From a virus (Duplodnaviria > Caudoviricetes): DNA of 64,000 nucleotides. The position numbers and the translations under genes were made by a program. The notes beneath the pieces were generated by a model, which ran no database searches, was not told where the DNA came from, and saw nothing but the letters and a program-made list of their open reading frames with translations. The stretch is from positions 32,001 to 96,000 of the IMG/VR virus record IMGVR_UViG_3300005611_000002; one strand, written 5' to 3'. Shown piece after piece: positions 9,697 to 19,646 of this stretch (its first letter is position 1; the number at the start of each line of letters is the position of its first letter).

Positions 9697-10073
9697 TGAT
9701 ACAACTTCGGGAATCAACCTTTCTGATCTACGCGGCAAAACATTATGACAATCCTCATTGTTCCGACGAGGCAGAATTTGAAGAAGATTTGAAAAGATTT
9801 CAGTACCTACGAAAGCTTTTCGGTAGATATAGACAGGATGCCGATCTCAAAGAGAGGTTGATTCTCAATCATTTGATCATTATCTATAATATGTTTGGAC
9901 CTGAAGCTACAAATATGCTCTTCATGAAGTTAGAAGAGTATCATGAGTATCTTAAGCCCTTCGTTGAATACTTGAACTTCATGCCAGAAGTTGTAATGTA
10001 TGATGATCGAGTAATAAATAAGAATAGTATAGTTTCAGATCAGACCATAGTAGAAACACTGAGAAAGATATGA
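9696..10073 (+). CDS. Conserved T4-like phage hypothetical protein
   Basis: YAAKHYDNPHC...EFEEDLKRFQYL...ERLILNHLI family motif. Confidence 0.65.
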   Translation: MIQLRESTFLIYAAKHYDNPHCSDEAEFEEDLKRFQYLRKLFGRYRQDADLKERLILNHLIIIYNMFGPEATNMLFMKLEEYHEYLKPFVEYLNFMPEVVMYDDRVINKNSIVSDQTIVETLRKI

Positions 10074-10074
10074 C

Positions 10075-11046
10075 ATGATTGTAGATTTATGGATGGTATA
10101 TTCGTTTATTCGTAGACTTGCTACTCCGTTTAAGGAGTGGGAAGCCTATAAACTTGGGATCATTGATGAAAATGGTAATGTACTTCGTAAAAGAAAAACT
10201 TTAAGACTGAAAAAAGAACGTGATGCATTTGGTGTCTTTGATGTTTTAGTACTGAATCTAAAGAAACTACTTGAGAAAGTGCCTGGTGGTCAATCTAGAC
10301 TTGCATCATATGCTGCTGCTTTGTACTTGATTCGTGAATGGAATCATTTTAGTGCTGATTCATTATTGACTGAAGATATTACTGATGAGCAACTGTCTGA
10401 ATCCATTGATTTATTTTATGACAGATATGTCAATTATATCCAATTACCAGAAAATGTCAAGGATTTAATTACCGAAGTTGCAAAAAATCCTAAACCGCCT
10501 AGATGGAAAAGAGCTGGGCCAAATGGTGAACTTGAAATAAAGTTTCCCACAGGTCGTAGATTCAAGGTTGAAAAACAATTTGATGAAAATGAGCGCCACA
10601 GAGGTGAATGGAAAGTTATGGAATATAAAACAGGTGGTTGGGTGGACGACTGGGAATGGATTGACACATATAAGCCGAAAGGCTTTGCTAAACAAAAAGC
10701 CATGCAGTTAGGTCAATATGATAAAAAAGGTAAAAAAGTGGCAGACTATTCTTCTACATTTCAATATGAATCAGTTCAAGAAGCTGCTACAAACCCGCAT
10801 ACTCTTAAATTGATTGATAAAATTAAAAGGTCTGGTGTTGTTAAATCCGGGTCTATGTCGAAACAAGTTAACACAAAACCAGAATTAGAAGAAGAGCCAG
10901 TAAATAACGTAGGTTCTGGTAACATAGCAGGACTTGGCGTTGGACCTCAGGGAGAACCTGGCTTGACTCCTGCTCAGATGAAAAGATACAAGAAAAAGAA
11001 CAAAGGTCCGAAAAGATTGAGAGACGTAGTAGGAAAGATGGTCTGA
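10075..11046 (+). CDS. Conserved T4-like late protein with an internal variable insert
   Basis: FIRRLATPFKEWEAYKLGIIDENG N-terminal domain; EEEPVNNVGSGNIAG C-terminal motif. Confidence 0.6.
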   Translation: MIVDLWMVYSFIRRLATPFKEWEAYKLGIIDENGNVLRKRKTLRLKKERDAFGVFDVLVLNLKKLLEKVPGGQSRLASYAAALYLIREWNHFSADSLLTEDITDEQLSESIDLFYDRYVNYIQLPENVKDLITEVAKNPKPPRWKRAGPNGELEIKFPTGRRFKVEKQFDENERHRGEWKVMEYKTGGWVDDWEWIDTYKPKGFAKQKAMQLGQYDKKGKKVADYSSTFQYESVQEAATNPHTLKLIDKIKRSGVVKSGSMSKQVNTKPELEEEPVNNVGSGNIAGLGVGPQGEPGLTPAQMKRYKKKNKGPKRLRDVVGKMV

Positions 11047-11930
11047 TGCTAGGTCTTTTCAAAAAGAAGGAACCGCCGATGATTACATTTGATCAATTTC
11101 GAGCAATGATACCAACAAATCGCGAACCTGAAGCTTGGTACAATGAAGTAGTTGACATGTTCCGAAAGTATGATATAATGACTCCAAATAGGATTGCTGG
11201 TTTCATGGCTCAGTGCGCGCATGAGTCAAGAGACTTTACTGCACTTGAAGAAAACTTGAACTACTCAGCAGATGCACTTTATCGTGTTTTTGGTCGTAGG
11301 TATTTTCCAACGAAAGCGAAGGCGCAAGAGTATCATCGCCAACCAGAAAAGATTGCAAACTACGTTTACATGGACGAAAACAGATCTAAGCGTGGTGCTC
11401 TCGGTAATGTTCGTCCCGGTGATGGGTGGAAGTTTCGTGGCCGCGGCATCAAGCAACTGACCGGAAGAAATAATTATGAAGCATTTGGTCGTAGTGTGGG
11501 AATGACCGCAGATCAAGCGGCTGATTATGTTGCAACAAAGAAGGGTGCACTCGAGTCTGCTTGCTGGTTCTGGGCAGCAAATAATATCAGCCGATACGCA
11601 GATGCTGATGATATCGTAGGTATGTCAAAACGAATCAACGGCGGTACTATCGGTCTTGACGATCGTGTAGCTCGTTATAACAGAGCAAAAGCTATTCTTG
11701 GAGGTTCTCCTGCTTCGGTAGTATCGAGACCCAAGAAAACTGCTCCGCGCACTCTTCGTCGTGGTATGAAAGGATCTGATGTAGCGAGAATGCAGAAAGC
11801 TATCGGTGTTACAGCTGATGGTACCTTCGGACCTGGTACTATGGTTGCAGTGAAGAAATGGCAGCGTGCGAATGGTCTCGTTGCAGATGGTATTGTAGGG
11901 CCTAATACTCAAGCAAAAATGTTCGGATAA
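11046..11930 (+). CDS. Endolysin: glycoside hydrolase family 19 with C-terminal peptidoglycan-binding domain
   Basis: FMAQCAHES, EENLNYS, GDGWKFRGRGIKQLTGRNNY, INGGTIGL; DGTFGPGT/DGIVGPNT PG_binding_1 motifs. Confidence 0.92.
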   Translation: MLGLFKKKEPPMITFDQFRAMIPTNREPEAWYNEVVDMFRKYDIMTPNRIAGFMAQCAHESRDFTALEENLNYSADALYRVFGRRYFPTKAKAQEYHRQPEKIANYVYMDENRSKRGALGNVRPGDGWKFRGRGIKQLTGRNNYEAFGRSVGMTADQAADYVATKKGALESACWFWAANNISRYADADDIVGMSKRINGGTIGLDDRVARYNRAKAILGGSPASVVSRPKKTAPRTLRRGMKGSDVARMQKAIGVTADGTFGPGTMVAVKKWQRANGLVADGIVGPNTQAKMFG

Positions 11931-11964
11931 TAAATAGAACTACAAAACAATAAAGGAGGCAGAA

Positions 11965-12438
11965 ATGTCAGTAAAAAGAATTATTCAAGAATCACTAGAC
12001 AAGAACCCACTGGGTGTAAAAGAAGCTCTTGAAGAAGCACTTCAGGATCGTGTTCGCGCTGCTCTTGAAGAAAAGTACGCAGAAATGACAGAATCAAAAG
12101 ATGAAGATGATGAAGACGAAGATGATGACGATGATGATGAAGACGATGAAGACGAAATGGATGAATCCTTCGATCTTTCTGATTACGCTGTAGAAGAACT
12201 TGAGGATTTCATGGAGTCTGCTGAATTTGATCAGCTAGATGAGATCAGCAAGCAAAAAGTACAGGCTTATATGGATAAATCGCACGATGAATATAAGCGA
12301 CTACAACAAAAGGGTGGTGCAAAAGGTGGCACTTCTGTAATGAACAAAAAGCAAAAGCGTAGATACGCTACCGGATCTGATGCATCGGATAATGCATTTA
12401 AGAAATTAACTGGTCGTGCACGCGTAAATGCAACGTAG
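11965..12438 (+). CDS. Acidic late protein, possibly prohead core/internal protein
   Basis: Long D/E tract, LDEISK motif, AATAAATA box upstream. Confidence 0.45.
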   Translation: MSVKRIIQESLDKNPLGVKEALEEALQDRVRAALEEKYAEMTESKDEDDEDEDDDDDDEDDEDEMDESFDLSDYAVEELEDFMESAEFDQLDEISKQKVQAYMDKSHDEYKRLQQKGGAKGGTSVMNKKQKRRYATGSDASDNAFKKLTGRARVNAT

Positions 12439-12455
12439 ATCGTCTTTCTAAATAA

Positions 12456-12932
12456 ATGAAATCCTGGATCTTCATAGGTCTGCTTTTAGCAATGATGAGT
12501 GGTGCTGCAGCATTTTACTACAGCACTACTCAAGCCACTATTCAACAACTCACTGAGAATAATGCGGTACTTCAAGAAAATAACAAGACTCTTGAAACTG
12601 TCAATAATCAAAATTTAAGTACTATCGACAATTTACAAACATCATATGAAAATGTTCAGCAAAACTACATTGAACTTCAAGATCAGTTTCAAAGTATTAG
12701 AATACAGAATAGAAAACTGCGTGAAAGACTAGGTGAACATGAACTTGACGCTCTTGCAGCTGCTAAACCTGGTCTTGTAGAACGTATCGTAAATAATGCA
12801 TCAGAGGAAGCAAGCAGATGTTTCGAACTCTTGTCTGGCTCTCCTCTTACTGAGGAAGAACAAAATGCAGAAACTGCTAGACAATTCAATTCCGAGTGTC
12901 CTTGGCTTTACGACACTCTTGTTTCTCGCTAG
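12456..12932 (+). CDS. Inner-membrane spanin (Rz-like)
   Basis: N-terminal transmembrane helix plus coiled coil; overlaps a lipoprotein gene; near the endolysin. Confidence 0.75.
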   Translation: MKSWIFIGLLLAMMSGAAAFYYSTTQATIQQLTENNAVLQENNKTLETVNNQNLSTIDNLQTSYENVQQNYIELQDQFQSIRIQNRKLRERLGEHELDALAAAKPGLVERIVNNASEEASRCFELLSGSPLTEEEQNAETARQFNSECPWLYDTLVSR

Positions 12933-13221
12933 TTGCGGAACTACCGTAGAACCAGTACAATCAGTCGAAGTTCGTACGGTTGAAGTAAAGCCTCCCAAAC
13001 CAATAGTACCGACTCCCGATCAACTTGCCCTTCGAAGCTTTGAATGGGTTGTGATCACACCAGATAATATTGACGAAGTGTTTAACGGAGTCAAGGATGA
13101 AAAGGTGCTATTTGCAGTTACTACTGACGGATATGAAGCAATTGCTCTCAATCTTTCTGATGTAAGAGCTTTGATACAGCAGCAAAAAGAAATCATCGCG
13201 ATCTACGAAAATTCATTCTAA
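12865..13221 (+). CDS. Outer-membrane spanin lipoprotein (Rz1-like)
   Basis: ATG 12865 with GAGGA RBS; lipobox LFLASC; Pro-rich linker. Confidence 0.75.
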   Translation: MQKLLDNSIPSVLGFTTLLFLASCGTTVEPVQSVEVRTVEVKPPKPIVPTPDQLALRSFEWVVITPDNIDEVFNGVKDEKVLFAVTTDGYEAIALNLSDVRALIQQQKEIIAIYENSF

Positions 13222-13287
13222 ATAAATAAATACGATTAACCATGGGTACAGTGACTTTTGAAAGCAAACAAAAGAGGATAGAGACCT

Positions 13288-13752
13288 ATGGGCAATGAAG
13301 AAATGAACTCTGTGAAAACAGATATCGCTCTGATCAAGAAAGATATCAATCAGATCGAAAAAGTGTTCAAAAAGGTTGATGATGCCATCGGACAAATGTC
13401 TGAAATACTTCAGGCACTAGCGGTACAGGAAACCATTTTGGAAAACAACGAAAAAAGAGTTTCTTTAGTAGAGCAAAGAATGTTAGCTCACTTAGAAACA
13501 GAAGAAAAACATCGCAAAGAGCTAGAAGAAGACATCGAGAGCATCAAGGAAGATGCTCGAGAAGATCGTGAGAGAAGACACAAAGAACTCATGGAATGTA
13601 TCAACAGTATGAACAAGTCTCTCAACGAAAAACTTGATACTCAGGATAAACGAATTCGCGCCCTTGAAAATTGGCGTTGGTATATCCTCGGCGGAACTGC
13701 AGTGATCATGCTTATTTTGATCAAGTTTCCATGGGCTATACTTTTCGGTTGA
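13288..13752 (+). CDS. Coiled-coil protein with C-terminal transmembrane helix (holin/haemolysin-like candidate)
   Basis: RIRALENWRWYILGG followed by a hydrophobic tail; end of the lysis cassette. Confidence 0.45.
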   Translation: MGNEEMNSVKTDIALIKKDINQIEKVFKKVDDAIGQMSEILQALAVQETILENNEKRVSLVEQRMLAHLETEEKHRKELEEDIESIKEDAREDRERRHKELMECINSMNKSLNEKLDTQDKRIRALENWRWYILGGTAVIMLILIKFPWAILFG

Positions 13753-13808
13753 CATTTTAGCTTACTTGATATAGAATAAATTATTCTAACATTACAGGAT
13801 GATTATGT

Positions 13809-14810
13809 ATGGTTGATCATGTCGACATGCACTATGCTTCAATACTTTCTTCGAGATTGGAGCGCTTCAAAATTGTTTCGAGAAATCCAGTCAAAATCAA
13901 TTTTAGGTGTCCCGTTTGCGGTGATTCTCAAAAATCGCGTTCGAAGGCCCGTGGATGGCTTCTTGAACGCAACAATGCCTTTTACTTCTATTGTCATAAT
14001 TGTGGTGCGAGCCAAGGCTTTTCTTATTTTCTGAAAAACCTCGATGGTATAGTCTACAATGACTATGTATCTGAAAAGTTTCTGAAGGGTGAAAAGAAAC
14101 CAAAATCTGACGATGGTAAATTTGCTACTCAGACTAAATTTAGCGGTGATCCACTTCGAAAGTTGACAAAAATCAGTCAACTCAAGCATGATCATCCTCT
14201 CAAGAAATACATACTCAAACGACAAATACCTTCCGACCAACACTACAGACTCTATTATGCTCCAAAGTTCAAGACTTGGATCAATAGTATCATACCAAAT
14301 AAATTTGGATACTTCAAGAAAGACGAGCCACGACTCGTTATACCTTTCCTAGACCAAGACAAAAAGATCTTTGGTGTCTCTGCTCGTGGCTTTGATCCAA
14401 AAGCTCCTAGATACATCACGATCATGTTTGACGATAGACCCAAGATTTTTGGTCTTGATACAGTCAATTTCAATAAAACATATCTTGTAGTTGAAGGCGC
14501 TATTGATAGTTTTTTCGTAAAAAATGCTGTTGCCATGGCTGGTGCTGAAGGGAATACGAACGCGTTACAGAATGTTGAAAATGCGATTTTTGTTTTTGAC
14601 GCAGAGCCGAGAAACAAAGAAATCCATAAGCGAATGGAGAAGGTAATAGATGCTGGCCATAGAATTTGCATATGGCCTTCTGATGTTCCAGGCAAAGACA
14701 TCAACGAGGTGTATATGAATGGACTTACAAACGTAGATGAACTGATTCGAGAAAATACATATAAAGGCTTGCAAGCCACACTGAAACTTACTGAATGGAG
14801 AAAAACATGA
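13809..14810 (+). CDS. 61: DNA primase (T4 gp61-like)
   Basis: NFRCPVCGDS...YCHNCG zinc finger; EPRLVIPF; VEGAIDS TOPRIM; KDINE. Confidence 0.95.
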   Translation: MVDHVDMHYASILSSRLERFKIVSRNPVKINFRCPVCGDSQKSRSKARGWLLERNNAFYFYCHNCGASQGFSYFLKNLDGIVYNDYVSEKFLKGEKKPKSDDGKFATQTKFSGDPLRKLTKISQLKHDHPLKKYILKRQIPSDQHYRLYYAPKFKTWINSIIPNKFGYFKKDEPRLVIPFLDQDKKIFGVSARGFDPKAPRYITIMFDDRPKIFGLDTVNFNKTYLVVEGAIDSFFVKNAVAMAGAEGNTNALQNVENAIFVFDAEPRNKEIHKRMEKVIDAGHRICIWPSDVPGKDINEVYMNGLTNVDELIRENTYKGLQATLKLTEWRKT

Positions 14811-14850
14811 AGTTATAAATAATTCGTGAATTCTTGAAATAGGAGAAAAC

Positions 14851-15558
14851 ATGAATTACAAAAAAGTATATAAGGATCTTATAACAAAACACGGAAAAAA
14901 GGAAAAACCAAAAAACGGTTATTATGAGCGCCATCACATAGTTCCTAGATGTGTTGGAGGCGATGATAAAATTGAAAATTTAATATATTTAGATGCAAGA
15001 TGTCATTTGCTATCTCATTGGTTATTAACTAGAATGTATCCTGGAAATGAAAAACTTATACATGCTTTTTTTATGATGTGTAATGTTAAAAATAAATCAA
15101 TGAAAAGAAAAACTCCAAGATTATCTATTTTAGCTGAAGCTAGAAGAAAAAAATCTGAAATTCAATCAAAAAAACTAACAGGAAATAAAATACAATTTAA
15201 TACCGATGAAAGTAATAAAAACCGAATAAAGACCGCAAAATTAAATGGGTCTTATAGAGGTTTAAAAAATGGCAAATCACAACCAGTAGATGTTTATAAT
15301 TACTTTACCGGAGAATTAGTAGCATCAAATGTATCTGTAACGGAATGGGGTAGAGAAAACGATGTTAAGAGAAATCTAAATCAAACTCTTTACGCAGATA
15401 GATCTATAAAATCTAGTAGTGCTAATAGGCATCACGCAAAGGGGTACTATATAGTAAAACACGGCGCTGATCCTTATCCAGCTGTCGGCGGCGAATATTT
15501 AGGGCCCTATTCAAATCAAGGACACATAGGACTGAAAAAAGTTAGAAGGAAAAAATAG
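14851..15558 (+). mobile_element. Free-standing HNH homing endonuclease
   Basis: YYERHHIVPRCVGG.D...NLIYL..RCHLLSHWLL; AT-rich; late promoter at 14814. Confidence 0.85.
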
Positions 15559-15559
15559 C

Positions 15560-16228
15560 ATGAAAGTTAATTTGGTAGCATATACTATACCCACAAAGGA
15601 AATGCAGGATGAAGGCGTAAAAAATATTAAAGATTTGATCGCGTATTGTGCAAGAGTATCAAATCCTTCAAATCAATTCAATACAGAAACTTATAATAAA
15701 CTAATAAAATATTTATTGGACCACAAACATTTTTCGCCTTTTGAGATGGCAAATATTACGTTAGAAATTGAAACTACAAGAGATATTGCTCGCCAGATCA
15801 TTCGTCATCGCTCTTTTACATTTAGCGAATTTAGTCAGAGATATGCTGATCCTGCTGAATTTGGTAATCAATTTGTAATTCGAGAAGCTCGACTTCAGGA
15901 TGAAAAGAATCGTCAAAATTCTATTGAAACAGACGATATAGCATTACAAGCTTGGTGGGATGTTCAACAAAAATTTATGATTGAAAGTGCAAAAAGAATT
16001 TACAAAGAAGCAATAGAGCGTGGTATTGCTAAAGAACAAGCTCGAGTTATCCTTCCAGAAGGCAATACTAAAACGAGACTATACATGAATGGTACTCTTC
16101 GTTCTTGGGTACACTATATTGAACTTCGCTCTGGCAATGGAACACAGAAAGAGCATATGGAAGTAGCTCGAGCAGTTGCAGAAGCCATTTCAAAAATCTT
16201 TCCTATGATCAACGACTTTATTGAGTAA
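15560..16228 (+). CDS. thyX: Flavin-dependent thymidylate synthase
   Basis: RHRSFTFSEFSQRY motif; HFSPFE; AKEQARVILP. Confidence 0.96.
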   Translation: MKVNLVAYTIPTKEMQDEGVKNIKDLIAYCARVSNPSNQFNTETYNKLIKYLLDHKHFSPFEMANITLEIETTRDIARQIIRHRSFTFSEFSQRYADPAEFGNQFVIREARLQDEKNRQNSIETDDIALQAWWDVQQKFMIESAKRIYKEAIERGIAKEQARVILPEGNTKTRLYMNGTLRSWVHYIELRSGNGTQKEHMEVARAVAEAISKIFPMINDFIE

Positions 16229-16373
16229 ACTTTGTGAAACAATGCAACATGTATAAGATTGCTCCTAATAAATACTACATATTGACATAAAATCGCAAAT
16301 CCTAAAAATCAGTTTCAGGCACGTATTTGCGTGGGTCTGTTCTTTTTCAACAATAACAACAAGAGGTACTAAC

Positions 16374-17657
16374 ATGTTCGACAATTCTTCACCTGCAGAA
16401 TATGTCAAAACTGTAAACTATGTTCTCAAACGAGACGGTTCTACAGAAGATTTCGATCAAGAAAAAATCAAGACTGCCGTTTCTAAAGCTATGAAATCAA
16501 TTGGTATTCGAAGTAAAACACTACCGGTCGAAGTTTCTTCAGAAGTGACTGAAGTACTCAATAGAGAACATATTGACGATGTGGTTGTGAATGTAGATGA
16601 AGTACATAAAACGGTCGAAAACGTGATCATGGACATGGGTCTTCACGACTTGGCTCGCGAGTACATTCTTTACCGCTTCAATAACATGCCGAACATCTTT
16701 CGTAAAAGAACAAACCTCAAGCCTTACGAGTATCCACAGCTTATTGAGTATCTAGAAGCAATCCGCCATTCATATTGGGTACATACTGAGTTTAATTATT
16801 CATCGGACATTCAGGACATGAAGGTTCGTATGACACCCGAAGAAGTAGATATTGTCAAGAAAGCAATGCTTGCTATTTCTCAGATTGAAGTTCAAGTCAA
16901 AACCTTCTGGGCAAAGATTGGCGATAAGATGCCAAAACCCGAAGTACAAGCTGTTGGTGTCACGTTTGGTGAATCTGAAGTTCGACATGCCGACGCGTAT
17001 TCAAATCTAATCGAGATCATGGGACTCAATTCAGAATTCGAAACAGTAGTAGATGTCCCCGCAATGAAAAAGCGAATTGCATATCTCGAACAATCAATTC
17101 AAGCACCAGTTGATGACAAGGATTATTTTCATAAGATAATCCTTTTTTCTATGTTCGTTGAAAATGTATCGTTATTCTCTCAGTTCTTGATCATGATGGC
17201 GTTCAACAAACATAAGAATGTGCTAAAGGGTATTTCAAATGCGGTGGAAGCTACCAGTAAAGAGGAAGATATTCATGCGCGATTTGGTTTTGAACTAGTA
17301 AACATTATTCGTGAAGAAAATCCAGATTGGTTCAATAAAGATACTATCAACGAAGTGAATCGTCTTTGCCGTGAAGCATATAAGGCAGAGGCTGCTATTG
17401 TTGATTGGATCTATGGTGATTCGGATTTAGATTTTTTACCAAAAGCTACCGTCAAAGAATTCTTGAAACATCGCTTTAATCAGTCTCTTACTGCTATTGA
17501 TATGAAACCTCTTTATGAAGTTGATCAAGCTGCTATTGAGACTACCGATTGGTTTGTTGAGGAAATTTTGAGTACAAAGAATATTGACTTCTTTGTCAAG
17601 CGTAGCACCGCATATTCAAAGAAAACAAAAGCATTTACATCAGACGATCTGTTTTGA
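16374..17657 (+). CDS. nrdB: Class I ribonucleotide reductase beta subunit with N-terminal ATP-cone
   Basis: VLKRDGSTEDFDQEKI ATP-cone; ESEVRHADAY and EEDIH di-metal motifs; DFFVKRSTAYSK tail. Confidence 0.93.
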   Translation: MFDNSSPAEYVKTVNYVLKRDGSTEDFDQEKIKTAVSKAMKSIGIRSKTLPVEVSSEVTEVLNREHIDDVVVNVDEVHKTVENVIMDMGLHDLAREYILYRFNNMPNIFRKRTNLKPYEYPQLIEYLEAIRHSYWVHTEFNYSSDIQDMKVRMTPEEVDIVKKAMLAISQIEVQVKTFWAKIGDKMPKPEVQAVGVTFGESEVRHADAYSNLIEIMGLNSEFETVVDVPAMKKRIAYLEQSIQAPVDDKDYFHKIILFSMFVENVSLFSQFLIMMAFNKHKNVLKGISNAVEATSKEEDIHARFGFELVNIIREENPDWFNKDTINEVNRLCREAYKAEAAIVDWIYGDSDLDFLPKATVKEFLKHRFNQSLTAIDMKPLYEVDQAAIETTDWFVEEILSTKNIDFFVKRSTAYSKKTKAFTSDDLF

Positions 17658-17671
17658 TAAGAGGAAAACTA

Positions 17672-18733
17672 ATGGAAAAATTTTACTGGCTAAACGACGA
17701 TTCGAGGACATTTCTATCAAGAGGATACCTAAGCGAAGGAGAAACACCAGAACAACGCATTCGTGCCATTGCAGATAAAGCTGAAGAGTATCTAGGAATT
17801 CCTGGATTTGCCGATAAGTTCTATGAATACATGAGTCGTGGATATTACTCACTTGCATCTCCAGTGTGGGCGAATTATGGAAAGAAGCGTGGTCTTCCAG
17901 TATCTTGCTTTGGTTCATACATTGATGATAATATGGAGTCCATTCTATATGGTGTTGCAGAAAATGGAATGTTGATGAAGAATGGCGGCGGTTGTTCCGG
18001 TTACTTTGGTGCAGTTCGTTACCGTGGTGCGCCAATTACTGATCAGGGCGAGTCTTCAGGTTCTGTACACTTTATGCAAATGTATGACACTCTTGCTTCT
18101 GTTGTGTCGCAAGGTTCTGTTCGTCGTGGTTTCTTTTCTGCGTATCAAGACATTGAACATCCTGATGCAGACGAGTTTCTCGACATCGGTACTGAAGGGA
18201 ATCCAATTCAAGGCTTGACTACTGGTATTGTAGTATCAGATCAATTTATTGCTGAAATGAAAGACGGTGATCCAGAAAAGCGCAGACTTTGGGCAAAGGT
18301 ACTTCAACGTCGTTCTGAGATCGGTTTTCCCTACATTCTATACAAAGACAACGTGAACAACAATAAACCTCAAGTCTACAAAGACAAGGATATGACGATT
18401 CATGCAAGTAATATGTGCTTGCGCGGCGATAGTATTATGACCGTTTGGTTTCCTTTTGAAGAAACCCCTAAAGACATTGAAATTGAAACGTTCGTAAAAC
18501 TTTGGAAAATGGGAGGAGTTGCTCCTGGTACTAAGGTAAAAACTGAAAAAGGATACCAAGAAGTTACTGCTGCGGCACAAACTGGTGTCTCAAAAGAAAT
18601 GATTCGCATTACAGATGAAAAAACTGGAAAGGTTGTTGAATGCACCCCAGATCATAAGATTTTTACTCAGAATAGAGGTTGGGTGGAAGCTAAGGAACTT
18701 ACTGAAGAGGATGATGTCCTAATAGATGAATAA
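17672..18733 (+). CDS. nrdA: Ribonucleotide reductase alpha subunit, N-terminal part fused to split intein N-half (intein 18416-18730)
   Basis: SLASPVWAN, PVSCF, QGSVRRG; ends ASNM|CLRGDS...ECTPDHKIFT...WVEAKEL (intein blocks A and B). Confidence 0.93.
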   Translation: MEKFYWLNDDSRTFLSRGYLSEGETPEQRIRAIADKAEEYLGIPGFADKFYEYMSRGYYSLASPVWANYGKKRGLPVSCFGSYIDDNMESILYGVAENGMLMKNGGGCSGYFGAVRYRGAPITDQGESSGSVHFMQMYDTLASVVSQGSVRRGFFSAYQDIEHPDADEFLDIGTEGNPIQGLTTGIVVSDQFIAEMKDGDPEKRRLWAKVLQRRSEIGFPYILYKDNVNNNKPQVYKDKDMTIHASNMCLRGDSIMTVWFPFEETPKDIEIETFVKLWKMGGVAPGTKVKTEKGYQEVTAAAQTGVSKEMIRITDEKTGKVVECTPDHKIFTQNRGWVEAKELTEEDDVLIDE

Positions 18734-18750
18734 TCTCTAAACATAACACA

Positions 18751-18805
18751 GTGTAGCGAAATTTCTCTTTTTATAAATAATAAGAAAAGAGGGGTTTCGC
18801 TACAT
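18751..18805 (+). promoter_or_regulatory. 21-bp RBS/start-sequestering hairpin with late promoter TATAAATA (18772-18779) in its loop
   Basis: GTGTAGCGAAATTTCTCTTTT pairs with AAAAGAGGGGTTTCGCTACAT (G-U allowed). Confidence 0.85.
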
Positions 18806-19646
18806 GAACTATGAAAAAATATATTACGATTTGTGTGAGAAAGGCAAAAAAAGAAAAAAGATTCGAGGAGATAATTTAGAAAGACATCATATCATTCCAA
18901 CTTTTTTCTATAAAGACAATAAAAGAAATCATCGTCATAATGACGGTATATACTCTGGTGATGGTGAACACGTTGGAAATATAACCCTGTTGACACCTAG
19001 AGAACATTTTATTGCGCATTTGATTCTTTGTAAAATATGGAAAGGAACAAAATGGGAATATAGATGCTATTTGTCTTTGAAAATGTTTTTGAATGAAGGC
19101 CAAGTAAATAAAGCTCGTTCTGTATTTGAACATAGTTCCAGAAAATACGAATATTATAAAATAAAAGCAAATAAAGCCATAAGTAAAGGTAAAAAAGGCA
19201 CCATGCCGGTTAAAGATGTAAAAACGAACGAAAGACTCGGCATTGCAGCCGTAGATCATCCAAAAGTATTGAGTGGCGAATGGGTTCATATTACAAAGGG
19301 TATGAAGAAAACAAAAGAACAGAAGATGCTTTATTCAAAACCAGGTTTTGAAAACAGCAATTCAAAATATTCTGATGAAGACTTATTTCAATCATATAAG
19401 AAATGCTGCTATTACTATAACAAATTGGTCAGTGGATCTTTTTGGGTAAATTATTCGGAAAAGAATAATTTACCACACATAAAATTTTGGAAGCCGTTTA
19501 GATATAACGGAAGAGGATTTCTAGGAATGCAAAAAGATTTATTGAAAGCTGCGAATAAAGAAAACATATACATAGAAACATTTCCAGACTATTCAGATTA
19601 TAACTGGAGAAAGTTTGTAAAAGAGGAGAAAAACAAGTGGGTATAA
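18804..19646 (+). mobile_element. HNH homing endonuclease lying between the split intein halves
   Basis: LERHHIIP...LTPREHFIAHLIL; AT-rich. Confidence 0.88.

Noticed and set aside
12100-12165. GAT/GAC/GAA low-complexity repeat
   Set aside because: It simply encodes the Asp/Glu tract of an acidic late protein.
13839-14852. Long antisense ORFs over primase and other genes (e.g. 14255-14779, 20811-21410, 34131-34772)
   Set aside because: Shadow frames of well-supported + strand genes, with no RBS or recognisable motifs.
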